DNA of 64,000 bases from Podarcis liolepis (lineage: Eukaryota), in the NCBI GenBank assembly GCA_965112155.1, contig OZ218105.1, one strand, 5' to 3'. This document shows positions 12,101-24,100 of this stretch, in pieces (position 1 is the stretch's first letter; every line of letters begins with the position of its first letter). The notes below the pieces were generated by a model. The model searched no databases. It saw nothing but the letters and a program-made list of their open reading frames with translations, and was not told the origin of the DNA. A program made the translations under genes and the position numbers.

Positions 12101-15100
12101 GCATCTACATAATTTGCCTGGCTGACTTGGTGGGAATAGACAAACTTGGATGATGGTGGAGACTGGAGAAGAGCAGGAGTGGGGAGCTGTTGATCTACAG
12201 ACCTAATTAGGCCTGCCAGACAATTTTATTTCTTTACTTTTATTTCATAAAATTTATACACCACTTGATTGTAAAAACCCTCAAAGTGGTTTAAAGTAAT
12301 TTTGGGCAAACCAAACCCACATTTCTCTGCACCTGAGCACATATGTGAATGTACTTGGAAGGGTGCAATTAATTAAAAAATAATATTCTTGAATGATTCC
12401 ATACTTGATTAGGTTACATTTGCTAAAGGTTCTTGATAGTGTTCAATTTTTATGCACAGTGCTAAGTGGGAGACAGTGCCCTTCCCAAATAAACTAATGA
12501 TATTTGCAGAGCAAGAGCATTTGCATATATTTTTCAAGCAATATAATCCATGTACCACTGTAGTTAAGAAATTCCTGGCAAATTCTTTGCTCTGTCTTTG
12601 TAAAGAGGACTGCTAATGCAGTAGAAAAAACTTGTTTTTTACTTTCAGATTTGACAGCTAGAATATTTGCTTCATTTGAAAAAGACAATGAAGACTACAA
12701 GGTAACTTTTCTGCAGTATGATCGATGTAGACTTTACAAAGAACTAATGTACTTTTTTCTAGCAAAAAGTCTCAAGTAAATAATGTCTTCTGAAGCATCA
12801 CTTTCCACATGCTTGGCCACACTCTCAAAGAATCCAAAGGTAGTACTGAGGCAGGCTTTATCTTTGCAGAAGCCATGCTGTTGTTTCATCAGCAAGACTT
12901 CTTCTCTTTTATACTTTACCATTTTATCTTTAAAGCTTTCCACCAATTTAACTGGAACAAACATTAAGTTGTCTGTAATTTCTTGAATCCCTTCTATTTT
13001 TAAAAACTTATGCAACTTAAGCATGGGATAATATAACATCCTGTTCTGCTTTCCTTGGGGGCATTTGATGAACACTAGAGACTTTGATTGATCCAGCCAG
13101 TAAAAAGTGAAGTTATGGAGGAGACTCAACAATAAGTAATTCAAATTCCTGTATTGGCTTTGGTTTGTAGGCTGTTTCATTAGAACATGGTCAGAAGAGA
13201 ATAACAAATGAAATAGACAACAACGCTAGGATCGGCTTTTCCAGATTTATAGAAAATGAACAACCACTGAGCTTTGCAAGTTTAGAAGGAAATTCTACAG
13301 GTATTGCTTTAAAATTCGAATTGTTTGGTATCCTTCCAGTTTATTTTTGCTAAGGATGGCTCCACACTGCCAGCAGCAAGCCAGATTATTTGTGCACTGA
13401 TGTTTCATGCAATGCATATTCTTCCTGCAGTGAACATGTGAAGTGTAGATGATATACATATATCCTTAAAACACCTGTATGCATATATCTGGGGTACTGT
13501 GGAAGAATGCACATGGTTCATACTTAATATTTGAACTAATGGCAAGCCGCTTTTTGCTGAATTAGAATATGAAATTGGAGATGAAGAGTTCTGTGATGGC
13601 CAACTGGAGACCTATTTTGAGCAGCTGGTACTACCAGAAATGCAGATGGAAGATGTTGAAGAACATGAATTTGGAGAACATGTTAAAGCCATGGAACTGC
13701 CTTCAAATAGGAAAAGTGTAAGTGAAAATTCAGTTATTCTAGTATTGGGGGTTTGTAGGCACACTAAGACATTGTTAGTCTGCATGAACAATTTTGTAAA
13801 AGGTGGTTGGGGGGTAGATAATGTTGGTAACTTAAGGGAGCTGAAATGAGGCACAGTTCACTTGCCCCAAAGCTGCATCTCCTGCAGAGGATCCTAATAG
13901 CAATAATTTCCCTTTTCTCTCCCCACCTTCTACACAAGAACTACAAAAGAATAGAGAATGAGCAATAGATGGAGATAAGGCAGCACACAGAGACTAGGCA
14001 TTCTCCCTAATGTTGTGTACTTGTGCTCGTACGCCCTTATTGGTTGGTGAAAAGAAATGGACTTTCTGGGATGCTTCATAAGCACTACACTTGTGGTGCA
14101 AGTGGATCATGCTCTAACAAACTACATAAATAATCTTCTGTCGTTGCTCAAGAGTTCTTGGGTACTTGAGCTTCACCTGCTCTGAGCGTGATGAGCAGCT
14201 AGCCAACCTCCCAACTTTGAAGCTGTAGAGGTGAGCAGGGCTCATCCTGACACATTGTATGATACTCCTTGCAAAGCCACAGGCCTCCCCAACTCTAGAG
14301 CACATTTAAGGCATTTTGGCTGAAAACTAACACTTGAAATTCTTCAGGAAAAGTTCCAGATACCTACCGTTTGCCAGGCAGCAAGAACTGATTCTCCTGT
14401 TGCTAGCAACGAAGAACTGTATGATTTTAAGAAAGCTGGGCAGAATGAAAAAGATGAGCAGTTTATGTTGCCCATGACAGCAAGGCAAGAGGTGCGTCAT
14501 AATTAAGCTTGGCTAAATTTTTAGAGAAGACACAAACCTTTAACCAATATAGTTTGGGGGTTGCTGAACGTGGGTTGCCTATACTCAAATACATTTTAAT
14601 AATTTTTATTTTTATTTTGCAATGCATTTGCTTATCTTTTCTTTTTTATTTGCAACAGGTAGAATGCAGTAAACCTAGTCTAAACTCCGGACACAGAGAT
14701 AGTTTTGAAAAGTTTCCTGCTGAAATGGTAGTTTACACATCTGAAGTATGCAGTAGAACAACAGATTATCAACACGCTCCTTCAGATGCCCTAGGTAGCA
14801 GCTCTGTTATTGATGGTGACATTTTAATGTACTGAATGTGCATATAAGTTTGGTACAAGTTATAGTTTATTCTGTGTCTCCTTAAAAGGCACAATCGTGT
14901 CATGACAAATTTTAAGCATCTTTTAAAAAATGCATATTGAGTAAAAATGAATATAATGAGGAAAATACGGTATGGTAATGATGCCCAAAGTACTGTGGCC
15001 AGATGTGTTACCTATTAAATGGTTTTTTCTATTACAACATTTCTTTCATTTCATTTAAAATCAATGCTAAATAACTGTATCACTGCAGGTTGTCATGACT

Positions 15101-18100
15101 CTAGTGAGGAAGATGGAATACCTGTAAAGACGAAAACAGTCAGCAGCAGCAGAAATGTAAGTAGAGGACTGAAAATCAGAAACCATGTATTCTGGCTCAA
15201 GATAACTGAGTTTGACCTAATGTTGGGTATCTCCTAGAGTAGACCCATTGAAATAAATAATCTTAAGTAACTTGTTCATGGGTCTACTCTGAGTATGAGT
15301 TGGATATCACCAGTTTCTTTTAAGAGGGGATCATCTCTTTTTTAAATAAACCAGACTTCTTTTTGAGCAAGTGTTGGGGATACTTTTTGTTTCTGTTTTT
15401 TAAGGAAAACATTCTGAGTAGTCTGAATTTCCAAAGCTTCTCAAGAGTTTATGAATCAATCACACATGCAAATCCCTATTATTTTTTTCCAACCAGTAGT
15501 CATCTGTCTCATGCCAAGACCTTGAGTAGGCAACATTAACTTGTTCCTTTTGTCCCTTCCTCCTCTCCCCATCACCACAATGAGCACTATAGTTAACAGT
15601 ACCTAGCTGATGATCCTATATGTAAGCTGGAGGGAGCTTTCCCGGTAAAATTGCCCAAATGGCATACACTACTTAACAGCAATAAACACTTTAAATTGCT
15701 TGCTAAAACCATACTCAATGAAAGTCCTTGTGCAATTATAGAAAACCTTACTACATGAGGTTATTTAAAATTGGTCTGGGAAAGTATCTCTTAATTGACA
15801 TTAAAAAGAAAATGAACATTTTTGTCCAGTTAATAAAGTAACTCTCTCTCTTTCCTTTTGCTTTTTATAAAAGGATGCCACAAACGTAACCGACTGTGAA
15901 TTAAAGCTAGATTCTCTCTACTTTAAATGCATTGCTGACAGTAATGCTGCTTCTGAGATATGGCACACAGAACAGCAAACCCAATTTCCTGATCTGTCGC
16001 AGCTTGCTAATGAAAATTATGTTCCTCTGGCTGATGCATACCTGTCGCCAAGTGCTTACAAAGGTTCAGAGCAATATGAATGTACAGCAAAAGGTTAGTT
16101 AAATGCTAGCTCCTGTGTGCTTTCAGCTTCTAGATTGATTTTGAGATGTTGCTGAGTTGGTGGGTGGCTGCTGTGAATGCTTTTGTGTTATGCCTGATGT
16201 AAACAGCACATGGCCTTACTGATGAAATACTGTAGCTTACTTGGAAATGAGAGTGGAACAAAAGTAGCTTTTGAATATCCCGGTTCAGTTTTGATTTAAC
16301 CACTAAGTTAAAGCATGCATGTATTGCTTATTGTTGTTGTTTTGTTAAATCAACTCATTGTTAGCTTTCCTTCCCTTCCCCCAATTGTCAAAGTCTAGGT
16401 AGTAACATCCTTTGGATAGGAACCTTATTTGTGCTATATTGTAATGTACTCATTCATGTACATGTGTGTCGTGACTGAAAGTGGAGGAAGCTAAAGACAA
16501 TATGTGATTCCTTTTTTAGAGGACCCACCACATGATGTTGTGTATCAAAATGAAGATGGTAGATGGGTGACAGATCTTGCTTACTACACGTCATTTAATA
16601 AAGAAGAAGTATCCAATTTCTCAAACTTAAGTGGAGACTTCGTAGCTGGATGTAAGCCTTACTGTACCTTTAAATCTTTGGCAATGTCTTGGTTGCATTT
16701 CACTTCCTAATCTTAACAGAACAGACACCTACATTTACAAAATATGTCAGTATCAGAAGGAGTTTTGTCGGAGCTCCCTTGATTTCTCGAGATTATTTTT
16801 TTTACTTCGGTTTTAAATTACCCCTTTCCACAAAGATAAGTAGGAAACATAGCAGGGGTCTTGCAAAGCTTTCCTTCAACCTGGCTTGAGTAAGTTTGTA
16901 CTACAAGATTAATTATATGTTAGGACATGGGTCACCAAGATTCTCCACATATTTGTAGGTAATGTAATGCAGATGCCAATTGGATGACAGTGAAACAAAA
17001 ATACTTCTTTGGGTAACTGAAACTTCAGTGTTAAAGCAATTGACAATTAATAGCATAAGTAACCTGACTTCTTTAAACTTAGGATATTAGTTGTGATAGA
17101 CTTCAATTGTAGCATTACTTACAAAACTGCTGAAATTAAATAATGGTAGAGGAAAAGGGCTGGCATGGCTTTCAGATTTCCTAGCTGATAGCTCTGCTCC
17201 TTACAAAGACAGCAGCACAGAATACCAGGGCTTCAGATGATACAAAAGCTTGTTTTTATTCAAAGTGGTTCTCCTTGAATGGTAAATATCTGTCTTTTCT
17301 TACAGTCGGTATTACCATAATATCATAAAACCACACAAAACTTTTAAATTTTATTTATTTATTTGGATTTATATACTGGTGACATTTTTAGGAAAAAATC
17401 TCTTTAAGTAGCTACAAGTATCATGAAATTACAAATAGAAATCAGAAACTAATAACTAAATTATTTTTAAAAATCCATCAATTAAAAACATCACAGCCAG
17501 TAGCTGAACAGAATAACCACCTGAAACATCTCAAGAAGCCTGAGTAAGCAGATATGCTTTTAGCCGATTTAAAACATTCAGCTGATGGAGCTAAACAAAT
17601 TGCATATTAACATTACATGACCTTACAGGAAACTAAGCTCAGTACATAAAATATGCCTAATTTTTAATGTAATTTTTACTTCACGATTACTTTACCTTTC
17701 ACTCATTCATCCATTCTGCCTAGGGAATGTGGGGTATGCTAAGAGGTTAATCGTTTCCCTTTCTTCCTCTTCCTCTTTGAAAAGCTGAAGCAATTGCAGT
17801 GATTGACCAAGATCAAGAAGAATTTGAAAGGGAACACAGATTTATTCAGGTAGGAAACATCGTAAAGAGGCTATTCTGATCCTTTTGTCTAGAGGTAATG
17901 ATAATTCTTCACATTTTTGTTTGCTACATTTTCAGGAAGAGAAAATGGAACTGCAAAATGCCTCTGGATTAGAGGACTCTTCATGGAAATGTGTTAATAA
18001 CGGCAACCCACTTAGAGGTTCACAAACCGACTTTAGCAAAGATGCTAGTTACCTACGGCTCTCTCTAGGAGAGTTCTTTGGTCAGAGGTCTGAGGCCCTT

Positions 18101-21100
18101 GGTTGCCTCGGAGGAGAAGGTGATGTGAAACGGGTACGTAGCTGTCTCGTCCACATACTTTTACCACTATATGTACATACTTGGTTTTTGACAAGATTCC
18201 TCTCAGACTACAAAATAGAAATAAGTAAATGAGCAGGCTCATAGCTGAGTAATAGAGCATATGCTTTGCATACGGAAAATGCAGGTTTAGTGCCTTCCAA
18301 ATTCATTAAAATATCTCTGATAGAAGGACTGAAAGAGATATATGCCTGAGACCCCGGAGAACTACTGCATTTTATGTAGCCCATTACTGACTTGTCCATG
18401 AGGTAGCTTCATGTCCCTTAAACACCTGTTGAGTTATTTTCTACAATGGACTGTGAAACACAGGGCAAAGAAGCAAATTTTTGAAGGCAGGTTTTAAATC
18501 TTCCAGATCTAGACGCTGTGTTGGCCAGCTTCTATTACTACATGTTTCTCAAAGGGTTTATCACGAACGTTATTTCCTCTTACAGCCATCTTTTGGTTAT
18601 CACATTACTTCACCGGAAAAGAGACAACCTCTTCCTTTGTGGAGGCAATCTGATGTATCTAGAACAAACTCTGATGAACAGAATTCTCAGACATCTACTC
18701 TTCAAGGTAATTTCTTGTAAACCGAATAATTTCTCGTAAACCTAAGAATTCTGTGCAAGTAGCTGTTTATCAGGCGAAGCCAACCTAGTGGCCTCCAAAG
18801 ATTGTGAACTACAGTTCCTCATACTTTCCACCAGCATGGGTAATGGACTGTTCACAACACCTGAAGGGCACCATGCTGGCCATGCATGATGTTGGCCAAT
18901 TGTTCACTTCATTTCCAAAATCTGCTTATGTATTGGGCCAAGTCTGATAACACTATATAGCATACAGCTGCAGACTAAGCTGCTAGCCTGCCAACATAGT
19001 GTAAGTGAGGGCAAGAAAATGGGGTCTGTGTTTTATATTGAGCATATTCCAGAATGGCATTAGAGGACTGCTCTGCCCCCTGGCAACTATGCTGCAGGGT
19101 CCTGCAGGGTTTCATGCTGTTTCATATTAATGTAAGGAGCAGCTCATATTTTTCATGCAGAGGGAAGGATTGACTCATGGCCAACCCCTCCAGGGGTAAC
19201 ATGTCAAAGTGGGCATGGCTGAAGTCTGAAAGTGAGGATAGCTAATTTTAAATTTCTTAAAAAATAAATAAATACACATGGGTATCGCAAAAACCTTTTC
19301 GTATCGTAACACTGGGGGTGCATAGGAACTTTTAAAAGTCATTTGGGGGGGGTGTCAAAAACCGTGTTGGGGCTATATGCAGGCCAAGAGTTTTTTTAAC
19401 AGATTTTAAAATTTTGGTTTTGGTGCTTTATTATGTGTGGTATTTAATGGTACAGGGACGCTGGTGATGCTGTGGGTTAAACCACAGAGCCTAGGGCTTG
19501 CTGATCAGAAGGTCGGCGGTTCGAATCCCCGCGACGGGGTGAGCTCCCATTGCTTGGTCCCTGCTCCTGCCAACCTAGCAGTTCGAAAGCACAAAAGTGC
19601 AAGTAGATAAATAGGTACCGCTCCAGCGGGAAGGTAAATGGTGTTTCCGTGTGCTGCTCTGGTTCGCCAGAGTGGCTTAGTCATGCTGGCCACATGACCC
19701 GGAAGCTGTACGCAGGCTCCCTCGGCCAATAAAGCGAGATGAGCGCCGCAACCCCAGAGTCAGCCACGACTGGACCTAATGGTCAGGGGTCCCTTTACCC
19801 TTTACCTATTTAATGGTACAGATATATAAATTACCCTGGAGTCTTTTCATGAAGGATGGCTTAGAAATCATATGTTTCCTTATGCAGCTTAGTATTATCG
19901 TCACACACTGTGCTTGGTATGAAAATAAGCAGTTAGAGTACAGATAGAATTAAATTGCTTTTACATAGGATTTTCGTTATTCCAAATAGATCTTAGATGT
20001 GTGTTTAATTACATTTGTGTGGTTTAATTACTTAAAATGGCCATGTTCAGACAATCATTCATAGTGTCATAAAACACATTTCTCTTCTTTTCACATTGGC
20101 CAATGACTTGGATCTCCTGCCTTGCATTAATCCAGAATTCCTCATTGCATCCAAGCCAGGGAACTCTACATTAATGTGAGTTAAAAAATCAGGTTAATAG
20201 AAATATCTGTGCCAAAGCAAGTATACAACAGAAAGAGGAGGAGCAGCAGCATGAAAACATGGATAATGATCTGAATATGGCTAGGTGCAACATTAACCTT
20301 TGCAATATACATTTCTTTCATTGGCTTATTGTAAACAGTATTCTAGTGAACACAAGCTAACTTTTCTTGTCTTAGGGGATGTAGAAGAAAGCATTAAGGA
20401 AGACTCCCACATTGCATCTGCTACATTTACCCTTTGTGAAGTGAGTGCAAAAGACACAGAGAGAGGAAGGGTAAGTATTTAGATATCAAAATCAAAATAG
20501 ATATCTGTTTAAAAGTATTTCATTTCTTATAAGAATCCTGAAACAAATATTTCAGTGTGTCTAACATACCGTATTTTTCCATGTATAAGATGTTCCCGTG
20601 TATAAGACGACCCCTATTTTTTTTTAACCCAAAATTAAGAAATTAATTTGTTTAGCTTTGGGGGGCGGGGGAGGTCACTTCCACCAATCGCTCACTCGCC
20701 TGCCTGCCACTGCTGATTGCTTGCTACAGCCATTGCTGATCACACACCCCGCCCCAGCCACCAATTGTCTGCCCGCTTGCTGCCACCAACAGCCCACCCA
20801 CTTATTTGCCGCAGCCGCCAGTCACCTGCCTGCCTCGCCACAGTGCCAGTTGCCTGCCCACTTTGCTGCAGCCGCAGTCAATCGCCAGCAGGCCTTGCTA
20901 CAGCCACCAATCACTTGCCCAATCGCTGCTGCCAATCTCCTGCTTGCTGCTGCCATTAATCATATGTCCCCCCTCTATATTCACTATCCGTGTATAAGAC
21001 GACACCCAATTTTTTGTCTTTTTTTTTTTAGCAAAAAGCATTGTCTTATACATGGAAAAATATGGTACAGTTAAACCTGAAGCTGGAAGTTAAAACATAC

Positions 21101-24100
21101 TGTCTCATGAGTGGAAAACTTGTTCAGTTTTTCTGAATAAATTGTCTGAGTGGCAGAACTACTGCTGGATCAGACCAAAGGTCTGTCTAGTCCCACATTC
21201 TATTCTCAGTAGCCAGCCAAAATGACAATGGGAAGCCCACAAGCAGGACGGGCGATGATGCAGTTCCTGTTTAAAATGCTCAATAACTGGTATTCAGAAC
21301 TATACTGCCTCTGATATTGGAGGCAATATAACCATTATGACACATGAGTTCAGCTTTGCTACAGGATGTTAAAAATGTCAACTTCTTTTCCAACTTCTAG
21401 GAGAAATGCGAAGACCGAAAAGTTGAATGTAAGCAGCTTGAGCCATCTATATTAAGTATAAGCACAATTGCATCTGCTATTGCAAATGCTTCTGTTAGTA
21501 CTGATCCAGCACAACTCGCTGCTTTGATGACGAAAGCCTCAAATAAAAATAGAGAAATAACAAGCATCCCTGGAGGTGTCAAACCGACAGACTTTTCTGC
21601 CACAAGTCAGTCATATGTCAACAATGTAGAAAATAGCACATTTGACATAGAGAAATATCTCAGAAAAACCAATGAAGTTGAGAATGACGGTGAACCCGAA
21701 AGCATGATTAAAGATGAAGCAACTGCCAGGGACTTGCTTACAGTTTTGTACAAACAGGAATCTGAAATGCCTTCTCCAAGAGACTTGTCCAAAAGTAATT
21801 TGTCTATCAGGAATGGAGAAGAGAAGCTTAATCTAAGCATAATACATGAGGAAAACAGTTACAGAGACTCATCTTGTAATACAAGTTTTGAGAAAAAGGA
21901 AATGGAATGTTTAAAAGCAGCATCTAACATAGATGAAGACTTTCTTCCAAAAAACCTGACTTCTTCTCTACCAGATTCAGAAAAGAGACCACCAGAAACT
22001 ACTACCATATCTTTGGAGGATAGTGGAAAAACACTTCCCAGTAAGTCTTTAACATGTCTTCTAAACTGTTTGGTAGCTGTGCAATTTTAAAAAGAACATT
22101 TACAACTGACATTCACAAAATGGCAATTATTTCAATGCAGCTTAATGAAAACTTTGGGACAGTATGGCTTGTAATGAGAGAAATGCTCTTTTGCAGTGGA
22201 ATAGATCTTTTGACCACACACATAACCCTTTGCACCGCTCTTCACGTGGGCCTGCAAACAATCCAGGAAATCTGCAGTGTGGTTTCTTATTTTTGTTTGC
22301 GTTGGGCAGCTGTGCTTAATAGTTTCAGAACAAATCAGGATACAAATCCAACTTCCAGCCATGCCATAATACCCTGGTGTGTTTAAAAGCTGCTAACCAT
22401 AATTTTCCAGTTTAGATGAAATGCAAACTCTAATTAATGGAAGAGTTTGTGGTTTGTTTGTTTGTTTGTTTGTTTGCTTGTTTGCTGGCTTGCATGAAGG
22501 TACTGCATGTGCAGCCAGAAAGCTCACATATCAGCTTTTGATGCCCATATATGTTTATCTAAATTATTTCTTTTGTATGCAACAAGGTTCCCAAACTCTG
22601 GTCTGTGAGCTGCATTCAGGTGGTCTACAGTGTGTCTGCATTCACACATATCACATTGTTTTATGTTGCATTACGGTTTGAATGCTATGGGATGCAAATT
22701 ATGGTACATTAAATTCAATATAAGCAATTAAAGATGCAATAAGAATACAATTAACATTCATACAGCTTCTATCAAGTGTGTTGTAAATGCTACAATAGGC
22801 AGAAAAATAATTATGTGGTCTGCCAAGATCATAAGTAATTTCCATTGGTCTGTGTGGGCGGAAGTTTGCAATGCATTTATAAGAGTGGAAAACCCTGCAT
22901 CTCTGGTGTAAAGTCAAAAATGTATAATTGGATTGTGAACACTTTTTTTCTTTATCCAGCTTACTCTGAATCAGAAGGAAGAACCAGCAAGAACACTCTG
23001 TCCCTCAGTTTAAAATCTGTTCCAATATTGCTTTCCCCTCTTCCTGTGCACCCTAATAAGGAAAAAACTATATCCAATATTAAATACCAAGAGAAACAAG
23101 ATGAAAAGATAATGGAAGAGAATGCTGCCTGCAACAATGAAAAACGTATAGCTTTTGAAAATATATCTGCTGATAACCAGAAAAATGTTGGTGAGTAGAG
23201 CATAGGTATATTGATTTCTGCCGAAGCCTGCTTTGAAAGTAAGCTGAAATAGTTTGTTATTTATAGGTTTATGAAGTTTATTCTTCATTCCTGTGCTTGA
23301 TAACTGCTCTCATCTACTTCTGGAGGCTGTTTCTTGGCCTCCATTGAAGGAGAGCTGCTTTCCTCTGAGGCATGGTTGCTTTTACAGAACATTTCTTCCT
23401 TAGTTTTAGTTTAGTTAGGTGGGCTTGGTTTTGGGCTTCTGGGCAGAGAACCGTAGTCTTCAGAACAAGGCAAGAAGAGGTATTATGTCTCCAAATTGTT
23501 GGCAGGAATCTAGGTTACTTGTCCTTTTTCTAGGCCTGTAACCAGGTACTAAGTGCACCCAGCTGGCATTACTTGGATTTCTGAAATGATCTCACTTATT
23601 CTAACAGACCAGGACCTAGTTCAACATTATGTTGGCTTGCCCAAAAATTTTGTTAAGATCTATACCCCCTGTATTTAAATGTAATTGTAAAGGACAAAAG
23701 GAGCACACTTCTCCCCATCAACTCTTACATTTCTTGATAGCAATATTTGAAACCATAATTTTTTCCCAATTTATTGTACTGTTTGCATGTGATTTTCAGC
23801 AGAAGCAATTTCAATCTGGACTAAAATGTGGCAAAATACAGGTGTCTTACTGAGTCGCTCTCTAACATTTTCAAGCTCTGCAGAAATCTCACCCAAATGT
23901 TCACTGGCCCTTATTACTTGGGAGTACTAGCCTCATGGGTATTCTGTATGACTTTATTCTTTTCACCTAGTTCTCATAACTCATGGAGCATCATTCTAAT
24001 AGTGGCCATGCAGTAAAGTGGCCATGGTAGCCTTTGGTGCATAGCTGTTTTCAAGCAGCCATGGATTGATTCACACAGAATATTTTGTCCCTCTGAGTAA

